Below are positions 24,461 through 38,406 of a stretch of DNA of 64,000 nucleotides, one piece after another. This DNA is from Trichoplax adhaerens. Taxonomy: Eukaryota > Animalia > Placozoa. The notes below the pieces were generated by a model that worked only from the letters and a program-made list of their open reading frames with translations, had not been told where the DNA came from and searched no databases. Location: assembly GCF_000150275.1 (NCBI RefSeq), contig NW_002060947.1, positions 7,177,880 through 7,241,879 on the forward strand, given 5' to 3'. The position numbers and the translations under genes were made by a program. Numbering within the stretch: the stretch's first letter is position 1; each line of letters opens with the position of its first letter.

Positions 24461-27400
24461 CTTCGAATGTTTAAGGATATAATTGATCTATTTGGATAAT
24501 AGACTAACATGCTTAAATAGAAATTCTATCGCTATGAGTGCAATGGAGTTAATATCGAAGTAATCTTATCCTAGAATACTTGGTGATAAAATTGATCTAG
24601 GCGGATACGGAAGTCAGGCAATCACGCCCAAAACAGACTCAATTCACTATAAAGAAATTGATATTGATCTAACTGAAAGAATTCTGACCAAATCAATGGG
24701 AAATGCTCTTTTAATGTCACAGCAGATAAAAGAAATACTACAATTTCTATTGCGTTCCGGAGAACCTTGACCTTTACCTTCTTATTCTGGCCTAGATAGC
24801 CTAAACGATTCTATTCAGTAATAGTAACTAATATCAGGTAGAAACATCGGTGTAGGCTAAGCTATATTGCATTATCTTAAGCGCAAATTTCGATATTGAC
24901 AGATAGCACTTACTATCCACAAAGTCTTATTCATGAGGAATTCTTCGCATAAATAATAAAATTTTGATATTATACTTATATGACTTTAGTTTCGATCGTA
25001 GTAGAAATAAGTCGATCTTTAAGGGTAAATAGAATTCTTAACTTCTTACTTTGCCTCATTAAATCTAAGTGTTCCTTAATGATTTATCCTATTTCAGCTT
25101 CAGAAATAAATGAATAAACTAAATAGAATCAATCCACATGATCTTATCGAATTAAGTGGATTAGAAGGACATAAACGATATTGTGATAGTTTTTGTGAAT
25201 AAAAATTTACGAAGAATCTCTTCATCTCTTCTTGGTTTTCTAGTCCAGGATCTATATCCTACAACATCCGCTCTAGCAGCTTTTTTCACCTTAACGTATT
25301 TATACCCCGGTTAAATTTATTAGCGGCTGAGCACTCTAGAATAAGCGCTATTCCACATCATTTTAACGATGGTGATTATTTGACATTAATAGCATAGCAG
25401 TCTATAACTACATTAATCTTAAAGAGTAAATCTGATTCAATTTAGCTTATCATCAGATTATTATAAACATTTCATATCGATGCTGGCTTATTCACTGTTG
25501 ATCTTTTGACGACAATATCCTAGCGTGTCATGGATTAATCTGGGAGTAATCTCAATATTTCACTTCATCATATATTTATTTAGTTGCCATATTTCAGAAT
25601 GAATAATTCTACATATAAGCTTTTCACCACTTCGATTTAGTATTGCTATCCATGAAAATCCAAACAAAACAGTTGTATTAGCCGCTTCATGGGTAACTGA
25701 TTTCAATTCATAGAGATGTTAGGTGTATAAATCTTGACTAAGAGCCCCTTTCATCGCTCTATACTTTATTTATTTCTGGAAATAATCCGTAAAGTCACAA
25801 GATACTTATTCTTGCAGGCTGCTCTCTTAATTTATGTAGTATGGCTATTTCTTAGATATGCAAGAATTGATCTTATTATGGTATTGTACAAGATGGATCC
25901 TTTCTAATACGAGAAACTAGAAATTTTTCAATCTGATTAGATTTTTTTGCCGTTTTAAAAGTTTATTATCTTAATAGTTACGATTTATGATAGAAAGATA
26001 CCATGAAATTAACTATTTCTAGATAGTTACAGCAGAATAATCTATATTATCTAAAGGTATAAATATGAATATTCCCTGTAGACAATTTTGACTTTATATA
26101 ATCTTAAATTGTAATAAGTCTCATTTTTATGCATAAGATAAGTAACAATTATGCCATAGCATACTGTGAAATCTTAAATAATAGTTGAAATCATGGTATT
26201 TTTTCATAATTATACAATCTGTAACTATGAACATGCTGCACAATTTAGAACATGGGTCATGTTTTAAACTGTAAACATCAGAATGATAATAATATCTATA
26301 GCTATTATTAGACTTTCCCTTCTCTTTGAGTATTAATTTGCCTTGTCATTTGATGCGGGCGGTTATTTACTATACAACTCAAAAATGAAACGCTAAATTC
26401 TAAAGATAATAATGTCATTTGCACAAGCCATCGGACAAGTTGAATGGATTACGCAGATATTACGTCGAAGATTAAATGATGCAGTTCAAATTTAATGCAA
26501 TAATGTTTCTCTTATAACTTGTTTATTATTAGCAACAGCAATAAGTTGGAAATAAAGTTTCCGTTAGTTCATCATCAAAAGCCTTTATCATCATAGTGTG
26601 TAAATTATAAAGAATAGCATCCGTCATATTATAACAATCAGTGATGAACAACGCCTCATTCTGTCCTTCAATAATCCCAATATTCAGCAAGCATTTATTT
26701 CCAAATATCGAAGAGTTAGTATCAATGGCTGCATATATCTAATATTTACAGGAAAAAGTATGAACGCTATTCCAGGCATATAGAGCTTCCGCTAAAATCA
26801 ATTTTCAACGCTGAATGTTTCATCTTCCCATACTCCAAGTATAGGATAATAGCTGAAAGAAGTCGATCAAGTGGTATCATATGATCAGACTATAAGAAAA
26901 TAACTCAGAAATTGTTCATTTCTTAACGTAGTTCTTCTTAATTCAAATATAAATTATTGTATTTTACAAGATCGAAAGCGAATAATCTTAATAAATTTGA
27001 TCGATATCAAGCCTAATGATCGTGATAATCATCTGCTTGGATTATACTTTATTCATTCCCTTCAGTACAAAGTATTTTTCACCTACTATCGATTTATTGA
27101 AATAGTTCCTTATGCATCTGGGCTGTGAAAGAATGATTGGCTTTATTAATTTTAAAATATCATATTACGACTGTAAGATATTAGGAAATGGTTGTGTTAC
27201 ATCAATTCAAAGTTATCTTGTTGTTTCCAGCTATGTCCAATTCTAGACGCTAGTTCTCTGTAATGATAGATGAAATTTTTATAGCCTTAATTTAAATCAT
27301 CACTATCGTTGTTGACCGTACGAACAGGAAATTGAAGTACAAATTGAACATCCTGCTGTTAATTTACGGCTTAATTTTAGACGATTACTTTCTACAAATG

Positions 27401-30400
27401 ATGGATGAAAAGATTTAATCTTGATTCCAACCGCGAATTTCAATCAAGACTGTCCTCATTGATAGTCCAGTTCAGAAATGATGGTAAGGTATAAACTTAA
27501 AGTATCATGTTCTTTCTTCACAGCTTAAAATCTAAACGATTATTTTTAATAAAGATAGATCAAATTTTTACTCTTCCATAGAATGAGACTATCCAGATGG
27601 ATAGTACTATTAAGAAATTAGTGTATCAATTCAACGTATTTTTGCTATTTCTCTACGGCTCCAATTCGAGATAATTACTTTGCACGTACATGGATAAAAT
27701 TTTAATCTTTATGAAAGTCATGACTATTCACAATAATACAACTAGCAATCTTGCTATTTTTTAGCGAGAATTTCTCACCAGTAAATCAATGCTTTCCCTG
27801 CCGTCATCGAATAGCAATCGACAGAAATAAATTTTATAGAAATGAGAAAACATCGTTTCAATAGCTAATTACTTTTGTACTCCTATTGCGTATCAATTAT
27901 TTTTGATAGGCCAAAATATCCCTAGTTTAAGTTAATCAGTGATAGATTTATTGAATTGAATTGATGTATCTGAAAAAATAATACAGTGATGACGAGTTTT
28001 ACTCCATTGCGATTTATTAGAACCCTTTCAAGCTTGCAACGCCTCTATAAATCAATGGATTGATGATATACCTTTTACATTGATGATGACCTTATTCCGG
28101 CTTCATTTTCATCTATGCAATAGTATTATAAATTACTTGACAAAAATGAAATAATATTTGTCTGTCAATGAACTCTAGCATGTACAAAGATCTTTGACGA
28201 TTTGATTGAAAGCTGTAAACGAGAGTAAAATAAAAAAGGCCCGACAAAAAAAATACTGTATCGAAAATTGATACATCTTTTAACTGGTTTTTAACCTTGC
28301 TTTTCTTCCCTAATTCAATAGGTAATTTCTATTCATTTCCTTGAACAATAACGCTTGAAAAAAAGACTGGCTGTTATTATTTTGAAAAACTAGCTGGAAT
28401 GATGATGTCATGAATGATAGTAATATCCATTGCTTGGCCACTGTTATTATTTGTTCGTCATTTGCGCATTTAATGTAATGAACTCCTTCCTATTCCGGCG
28501 CTTACTCATGGTTTGCTTAATTTCTTAATTTTCCAATATAATAAAAATCACATCGCAGACGCATTGTCTGCAAAAATCAAACATTACTTTGTTATTATTG
28601 TCGAAAGGATGCCAATTTACATTTGACCTATATAAATTAACCTCAACATGAATCACTTCATTAGTTAGTATTGTATAGCGCAGCAGTTGCTAGTCCGTTT
28701 AAAAATTTTATTCTCTATTCCATTGGAAATTGAGGAGGTAAGTAAAAATAAAATTTTATCTTATCGTTTGATCTAAATGATTGAAATTGAGAACATGACA
28801 GTATGTCGATTCCTTTCTCAACATTTGGATTAATTTTTCAAGACATAATTTAGCTCTATTCCAATAATATTGATTTACAGTATATGAGAGATGTACATTC
28901 ACTATACTAAAGACGAGAAAAAGACTACGGTACATGTGAAGATTGAGTACTGTATCATTTTTTTCATTAGCTATTGATTGAAAGAAAGAAAAGAAAAAAC
29001 ATTGGCTTGCTCTATTAATATCATTTTTTCGACTGTTATTACGCGATCAACGTTGAAGTTATTCAAGTTAGGTAAAGTAATACATCCAGCAATTAATTGG
29101 ATATATTTTAATACTTTAAAGTAGGTGTAAAAATAGCAAAATATACGGTAGATTGCTTTTATAATTCCTATTCAAAATTTTTATTAACGATTCATAAAAT
29201 TGACATATTCATTTGAATGTAATTGAGCCATTCATTGTAGACACATCGATAATTAAAGGAGTTGTTCTTTACTTTGTTCAGTTATTCCTTGGAAATTTTG
29301 CAAAGTGAAGTAGAAGAAGAATATTCAATTTTGTCTTAGGTCATCATTCCAAGCCACCATTTCATTACCAACACCATCTTTAGGTCAGTAAACTATATTA
29401 GAATGACGAAGTAATATGAGAGAATTCAATTTTTAGCACTACTTCATCTTGCATATCGTGACCTTATTTCATATTGGTGTCAAATTAATATTAAAGATCG
29501 AATAGTATGATTTATTTTTATCAAGCTATTGTCATTATCAAGCTGTCAGAAGATTTTAGAACTAAATTTTGCTTCCGTCGATATATTTACGTTTTAAAGG
29601 AAGAAAAACTGATAGGAAGTTAAATATTATCCAGAAATTTCGTTCTAAAGTCTCAATTACACTGTCATTATCCGGATTCTACGCAAGCAGGTAACGTAGT
29701 CTAAGCAATAAATATATCTAGACAGTTCCACGGGCAAAGGCTGGTACCTGCTAGAATACTCATATCTATCTATTTACTTAAGAATACTGGTAGCATTTAT
29801 AGGCTCAACCGATATCATTTTTGCCTAGAATCTTGGTATTGCCTTAAAAAAATTGAAAACCTAAAAGTCAAGATCTGGCTCACTTTAAATTTACTTGTTA
29901 TTAAATTTTGGATCAGCCATTTATGGTATAACATATGAATGTTAATAGTTCAGTGAAATAGGCAATTTAATACCGTTATATCGGCAATTTGAACATCTTT
30001 TATATAACTTTTGAAGCAAATGTAATAAATAGTATAAAACCAATTTGAAATATATTTTAGTACTGATAGATAAGATAGTATTTCGAACAGGTTTTCATCA
30101 TACATAAGTTGTTAAACATGGTAAATTTATACTCATGATAAATCCAATCCTATTTTTGAATTAAGTTTAGCTTCCAAAATTGTTGAGGAAATCAGCCTTT
30201 CGATACTATCATTATATATTCAAGCTTTTCAAAGGTAGAAAATTACTAAAAGATACTTTTACCTTTTTGACCTTTTCTTGGCCATAAGACAACAAGTACG
30301 TTGCTCATTTCTACTTAACGTCCATATAAGCCTAACTAATTAACAATGATTAATAATCAAATAAATGACAGCAATTTTATAATTCCAAAGCTCACTCAAA

Positions 30401-31049
30401 AATTTAATATTAGAATTATTTCTGACAGTTCTAAATCCATATGATTATATTGCTAATATTAGAGATATAGATAATCAAAGTATGAATTATCAATTACGAT
30501 TTTTCGCATAAACCGATTAAAATTGAGCAATAACTTCCCGTATTTCCAATCGATGAGAAAGAGCCATGCTAGGATAACAATAACAATATAATTATTAATA
30601 TTCTACTATCCAGTCAAAACTTCAATAGGTTATTTATAACACCTTATTATACATAATAATCAACTGTAAAACTATAAATTTATAAAAAGCATCTATAAAC
30701 CTTCATGAAATATCATTCAAATGTAAAAGGGCAAATCATTATCGTAGTGCACTATAATTATTCACCGTAATGAATTCAAAATTATACAGCTATGCCGCAT
30801 TTTATTTAATGTAGCAAGTGGAAATATAAATAGCAGTTCCTTATACAAGAGATAGAAGATGCGATACCAGCTTGTTTATGATTATGTAATAAAGTGTTAT
30901 TTTTTCCTTACTGCATGAGAAACTTTTATTTTATATCCATACAGAAATTTATTTACATCAGTGATGGTCTAAGGTTGAAATTAAATCAGTATAATTATGT
31001 ATTAAGATTGACTGGGATTTGTTTTATTCCCATCTCATGGTCTTAAAGA

Positions 31050-31356
31050 GGATTATATCAATTATTACATCGATCATAGCCTAAAGTATAACCATAACAA
31101 GATAGATATTTACTCATCAACAGTGTTTTCATTCATTTCCTATCTTCAAGGAATATCGTATCATAAGAATTATATGCATTGATGATAGCTCAAAGTATAA
31201 CTTCAACAGTATAGATATTTAACGATCGACAGAGTTTTCATTCTATTTCATATCATTAAGAAATACCTTATCATAGGGATGATATATATCGCTGATAGCC
31301 TAAAATATAATTATAGTAGTAGATTCTTTCACTAATCGATAATGTTTTATTTCTAG
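31050..31356. repeat. Three ~110 bp tandem copies ending at the acceptor before the GPCR ATG
   Basis: atagc..aaa.tataa at ~31076, ~31185, ~31295, each followed by tagat..tt..atc.a.a..gtttt.att. Confidence 0.75.
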
Positions 31357-31367
31357 AAAATTCAGCC

Positions 31368-34067
31368 ATGCTTAGGTATTCAAGACGCCCTCCGAATTCG
31401 TTAAACGATACATCTTACTTAACAGAATACATAGCTTTAACCATTACTATTATTCTACCACTTATATTTGTGATTGGATGCCTTACTGCTACATTAGTTG
31501 GAATACATGTGATTCGAACGACATGGAAGAAACCGTTACTTGTGGATAGACTAATATTGAATTTAGTCGTTATAGATGAGCTATTTCTATTTACAAGGTA
31601 AGACATTTAAAATCAGATATGACATAGGGAAAAAGTTTATTCTTGTGTATAAAAATCGAGTTAACTTAAATTTAAAAAAATCAACAACATATCAAGATTT
31701 TTTGTTGTACTCAGACGTTTTTTATCTTATTATAAATTAAAGTCATCCTGCAGGTATAATTGATGTAATTAATTTTAATTAGCTTTACATATAAAAGAGG
31801 TATCATACTAATTATGCTTATTATAAATTTGATTAATTTGATTAGTATAAATTAGTGTATATGGTGATATAATAATAATCAGGAGGAGCTTAATAAAATT
31901 GGCGACTATTCCTTTTCATTACTTTATTTGTATATCATGATGCAATATCGAAAATAACCTAATACTGACGATAATTAGTAATTGGTGCAGAATAACAAAT
32001 TTTAGTAACCACAAAAGTAGAATAATAACTAATAATAATCAAGGAATACCAGCAGCAAATGATAAGGATACCAATATTAGTGCAAGTTTAAGAAAAATCC
32101 TGATTGGCAATGCTATAACATTAATGCCGCTAGTAAACAAATTTGAGAATAGTTTCTTTTTCATCGATATTGTAATTTAGAATACAAAACAAAAGCCGCT
32201 ATTGTAGAACATGACTAAAGTCAAAATTTAGCTAAAAAAGTCATTTTTTTCATTAAAGCTAGAAGATAGTTAAAATGAAATCTATGATGAGAAGTTGTTG
32301 CAGTCAGTTAATGTCCTTTTACATTCATATTGCAAGATCCAATTGATGAAATTTAGATTGTATAAAAGGATTTGTACAAGGGATACCAGATATTCATCGA
32401 TAGTCGTTATTGACCTTACTTTAAATCATTTCATGATCAATATATAATCCTAGCTACTGTCTGATAAACTACTCAACTTGTTTACAACATCAGAAAAACC
32501 CCTTTCTCTTTATCACCTACGTGCAATTGTTAAAATTGATACGCATTGACTATCGGCAATTATATTCCTTTCTCTATTCATTATCAGCTGCAGTTAGGAA
32601 CATTGATTCCAATTTATTTACGTCGCTAGTATCTGATTTTCTAATAATAATGCCGTATTAATGCTATTATTGTACAAAATGGGATATTCCAAAGCGAGTA
32701 TAATTCTTCTATATGAGTCTATAGTCTAGAACTTGTTACAGATGATGGTGTACAATTGTGCTCAAATAAATGAGATTTGCTTAATACTATTAAAGCACAA
32801 TATTCATGCTTCAAATTTGCCTCATCATTTCGTTCTATCTATTTTTCAGTAAATTTAGTTAAAACTTTCAAATTATTGTGAGCAAGTCTAGACAATTATT
32901 TAGGGGTTATACCAAAATTTCTTTTCTTTTAGGATGTCTATTATATCAATTGGATAATTTGATGTATAAATTTCGGTTAAATACGAGTTAATTTGAATCC
33001 CCAGTAAATGGATCAGTATGTTATTAAGCCTTGATATCGAGTTATATTCGAGTCCACGTGGCTCAGTCATATTACCCTTATTTTCTCTCATTGTGATATT
33101 ATACAGTAAAAGTAATATTTGCCCATATCTTAAATTTCGCTTTTATATTTTCTATCTCATTTCCATAAAAATAATTGTTGCTTAAAATATTATCCATCTT
33201 TTTGGCTCTAATTAACAGCTATCTTATGACTACTTCAGCTTTATAGCAATCTTTCCAACCATGGTTAAGCTCCATCTTCGCCAAGTTCCAATCCATTCAT
33301 CAAATACATTTTGGTGCCGACTGCAATTTGGTTGGATCATGTACTTACATATAATTATTGTATATAATATGCTCGCTCTATCAGTAACACGTTATTATGT
33401 GGTGGCTAAATCCAATCAATTGCCACATTTCATCAAAAATCATCCCAACTGGAGTATATTCATATTCATCTGGTTAGTACCACTGCTCTTTGCTTCACCA
33501 CCTGTCATTGGATATTGGGGCAAATACACCTATGCTCAAGTTGTTGGATTATGCTATCCAGATTACCATTATCAGCAGAATATCTACCATATCCTCTATT
33601 TTGTGACCTATTTTCTATTTGTACCCATCTTAAGCCTTATCGTTATATCTGTTAGTTATCGTATGATCTTAAATGAAACAAGAGAGAAACGCCGCAAAAT
33701 TAATGAGCAAACACGCGAAAATGCAGTCCGAAGTTACATTGTGGCCAATATATTTCATACATCTGAAGAGGAATTTATCCATTTCAGTCGTGAGAAACAT
33801 GAAAAATTATTGGCTAAACATTTAATAAACATTTGTTTTACCTGTATATGTTCTATTTTACCTCTTAACATCTTTATGGTAATTCATTTCATTGTTGGAA
33901 CACCGATAACTCGAAAACTAATTATAATAGGAATCATTTTCACCCAAGTTGCAAACATTATCAACAACTTCTTTTACTATTTACGCAATCGGGAAAATTT
34001 CTTCTCATTTTTAACTGGAAATATCAGTAAATCAAACAAGGTAACCTGTGAAAGTGATTTAACTTAA
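31368..34067 (+). CDS. Divergent class A (rhodopsin-like) GPCR, 352 aa, 2 exons; opsin/melatonin-receptor-like
   Basis: Exon 31368-31597 (AG|gtaag) joins in frame to acceptor cttcag| at 33239, giving ..IDELFLFTSFIAIFPTMVKL... Seven hydrophobic segments, LNLVVID (TM2), WC before TM3, SVTRY, IW (TM4), ECL2 Cys, TM5 Pro, ILPL (TM6), NNFFY (TM7). Confidence 0.88.
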
Positions 34068-37000
34068 AGCTATCACAGCATAATTAAAGGGATTTTTCTG
34101 GCTGCGTATGAAATGCCTTTGTTATAGACAATCAGTAAGTTGCAAAAAATTACTGAGATTACTAAATGGGTTATAGGTTTGGATATTTCAAGCGTAGATT
34201 GTCATGGTAGTTCAATTCTTATATTCTTAACGGCATTGGATGAATACTTAAAAATCACGCCAGGATTAATTTTTGAATAATTTTTTCAATTATGTTGTAA
34301 AGTATCTATATAGACGTAATTTGATGATTTTTCCATTTTAATAAATTAGTTTGGAATCATTCCATCGTCAAATAGATTAAATATCTGTTATATATTTACG
34401 GTATACGAGTCATTATTATTACAAAAGAGAGCAGATAACAAATTTTAAAAATTTTTATCCTCTCTATTAAGCTTAGATCATTTTCTTGATCTAACAGCTT
34501 TATTTTGAGGCTAACGCCTTAAAAATGCGGTATAGTTTTGGATTAAATTTATCATATTATTATTGATTAGTTTGAAATAATATGTCTTGCTAGCTTAAAT
34601 TAATCTTGCTTTGGCATAAAATGGTTCATGATAAATTAAGAAAAGATTAAATCATTATAAATACTAGGCTATTTAATTCTGGTAATTTGTGCCTATCCAT
34701 TTTCTGAGATTACGCATGTAATCTTATTTTGAATTTTGTCTTAAGTTGATGTCAACACTATCAGTGACCTAGACCTATTTCCTTATTCTTATGCTGAATC
34801 TCGTCGTAATTAAACTTTACCTATAGCATCTTGCCTGGAAATTAAGAACAAATCAAATAAATTAGCTCAAAATGAATAATAAGTATTCGCATTGAAGTAC
34901 TCTAATCCTTGGGGCGAAATATTAAACAGTATGATTTAAGTTATCATAAACGATATTCAGCAGCTACCGTGGCCAATAATCATGCATGTTTATATTGCAC
35001 TTATTCGAAACTTTATTTAAGCTGTAACTATTAGAAACATGCAGTATAATGCTGATGTCAACTAATGATAGATACGGAGTATCAAAGTACGTGTGCAAGC
35101 ATAAATTCCTTTAAACACCGAGCTAATGGCTAGTATATCGTTTATAAAGTTACAATACGTTAATTTATATAAAAGTGATAAACTCGGCTTAACTACTACC
35201 TAAAACTATTAACTGTACATGATAGACATCGATAAGGCTAGGATAGGGAAATAGTAGAGATACAAATACTCCCTCCTTGGATTAGTTAAATGAATATCAC
35301 AAAAGCTGTCAATTACTATTAATTGTCGATAGCATAAAGAAATCTCCTCATGTTTGACCTCCCAAGCGGATTGCGAATTTAGTGCCTTCTTTGCCATTAA
35401 TTGTGCGCAGTACTCTATAAATTGTGAATACAATTTATCGAAGTAGCTTTTAGCTGATTAAAATAGACTCTGTAATGGATACGGGTCGATAAAGATACTA
35501 GAACTCGCTTAAATGCTGCTCACCATGCATCTTGCTACCAAGAAGAATATCGCAAGTAATGATAGACCTAAATTCGAAAAAATGTATTGGCAGAGAATCT
35601 ATAACTGTTGCCTTCGAAATTTAATTTATTCCCATATCAAGGGATAGGCCTTATTTTGTAGAACTACTAATATTTGTATAGCGAATTGTTACACAGTCAA
35701 GCTATAGAAAAAGTTACTAGATAAATAGAATACATACAATTGCTGTAAATTTTTCAATTCTTGATGGTGGGTAAATTATCAGCTTTCAAGTGCATTGCAG
35801 AATATTTCAGGGAGCAATGTCCAAGAAAATTATATGAGATTATAGATTCGCTTTATCGACCTTGCTCCAAATTTTGGCTTGTAACCTAATGCTATTCTAA
35901 TCTTTCTATATAGTTCGTGTTTATTAAGTGACTAATATATATTATTGTAAATAATTGATTTAGTCAATCGAAATCCACTAAAACGAAAAATAGTTACCGC
36001 ACAAATTTCTAGTTGCGTAAAATCTATAATCTAGTTTTGTCTACATTTAAAATAAAACCTATACATCAACGTCTATGATTTTATATCAGATAGTGTCAAT
36101 CGATTAGCTTAATAATGGTAATTATGTAGTTGGCTAAAGTGAAAAATGGACTGAAAATACCGCTCTAAGAGATCTGTATTTCTGTCATAAACTATGCACA
36201 TACGTACGCTTTCACGAGTGTTGTTTATGGTAAGTTTTATGCTGAAATAATTAGATTATGAAAAATTAAGCCTTTAATGAAACATAACATGATCTCCATA
36301 TGGCATGGCAGTAAGAATTTAATAATTCGAATTAAATCAAATTCGACAAATAGCACATCCACAAAACTTAAATAGTTTAAATAAAATTAAGGAAATGATT
36401 GACGTTTTCGTGTCGTTGATAAACCTTCAAGTCAAATAAATTGTAATAGACAGCTGCATAGCAGTATGGGTGCCCTTCATGGTTGTAATTTAATTTTAGC
36501 TGGACTTTTACAAACTATATGGGAATTTAAAGTCAATTTATCCTCTTTTCAAGCAAATAGAACTAAGTGAATTTAGTAGGTCTTGCCTAGTTATTGATAC
36601 TTGTTATGAAATTATTCAAAGGTTACAAACTCAGCTTTACAAATTGGCAATAAGTAGCTATTCTCAAAGGTTATTTCCAAAATTGAATTAAAATACTGTT
36701 ATACCGACTGATTTACTTTCAATCTTGATAACTTTACGTGCAATATTAGGAGCTAAATCCAAGAAGTGAAACATATAGAACTTCTAGTGGAATCAATAGA
36801 TTTCAAGTTTTAATAATGATTTATGATAGCTATGAAAGAATTTAAAGATATAAATTAGAATCGTTCCTCTATTTTACTGGGCTTTATTATGATATACTTT
36901 AATTAATTCTCGAATTTACATTTCTGGTAAAGCCACTCTAAGCAGACCTGAAAAAGGTTCAGTGTGGCTCAATGCTTTTGCTTGTTATACGATTTTAATT

Positions 37001-38406
37001 TAGAAACTAGCCTTAGGCATTTATTATGTGCTACGAATTTAAATAGACGAGAAGCGAAAAGTTTTGATGCAATTTAATTCTCAACGAAAATTCTAGGAAT
37101 ATTTGCCTATGCCAAATATTACTAATCCTCGTAAGATGTAAATAAAATTTTTGTATCAATCTCCAATTTGAATTTTAAATAATTTTGCATATAAAAATAA
37201 GCGTTAAACATTATTAGTTGAGTAGATTTTACATTGAGCTCTATCATCGAATCGTAGTGAAATTTTAGAACGTGTAGTTTTCAGGGTTGATAAATATATC
37301 AAGTAATACTATTAATTAATTCAAATCGATCAGACGCAGAAGGTTCATGTGGTAGTAGGTGCTGGACTGGATAATTTACAGGGTTAAAGCATCAGCCAAA
37401 TCAAGGCAAAGCTGTAATGAAATTGCTAGCGATATCTATATCACTAGTATAAAGAGTCCTGAATCGCGAATAACTCAACAGTTTAAAGGACTCTCGACAA
37501 ATTTGAAAGCACTAAACTGCTTTAGCTTTCGCTAATCGTGAATTTATTAACCTTGAACGAAAATACTGAAGAAGAAATCGCAACTAGATCAAATTAAGTT
37601 ACCATATGTTTGTGTTCTTGTAAACGAGATATATGACGCAAATATGCTATTATGTACTTTCACCTTGCCGTTAGATAGCATACCGAGAGAGATTAATTAA
37701 TGTCTGAGCTATACCAGTTAATGAACGCTATTTTATAATCAAATTAGTTTATTGCTGCTAGATACCAATCGTCCTGTACAACATTGCAGTTACACCTACT
37801 ATGTTATTATTTAAATCTAGTGGAGAGGAATCATAAACCATACTTATCATAAATTGTTTTCACGAGAAAATGTTTTCATAATAAATGGCAAGTGATTAGC
37901 ATTATAACATCATCAATTTATAGAAAATTATTTAGAAAGCTATCAGACAAATCTTCTTTTGAATCTTTCGAGCTTCTAAATCTTCATATACGAATATCAA
38001 GGACTCTGTAATGATGGCCTCAAGCGGACTCTAACTATAGCATATTTTTATGCCATATTCTCGATCAAAATATACCCTATTAGAATGGGTATAAAGACTC
38101 TTTTATAAATATTTTGAAAGAGATTCATTGGCTTACTACTATAATTTTACCATTTGAGGCAGGATTGTAATTTTACTATCATCAACCATCCCTCTTACAG
38201 ATCAGGTTTGCCGATTATTTTAAATACGACTAAATTTGAAAAAAAATCCTTTCCTGTAGTCGTAGTTTTGATTTATTATCGATTCTATTTGATCAAAATT
38301 CATCGTTAATTGACTATCGAAACAGCATCGATTGCTCTAGACAAAAGCTAGCCGCAAATGTAAGTAAAATCTTATAAATGTTTTTAACTATTATTGGATT
38401 TCGTCA

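Noticed and set aside
33211-33219. Acceptor TTAACAG at 33218 for GPCR exon 2
   Set aside because: Out of frame and reaches TAG within 9 codons; the acceptor at 33238 restores the frame.
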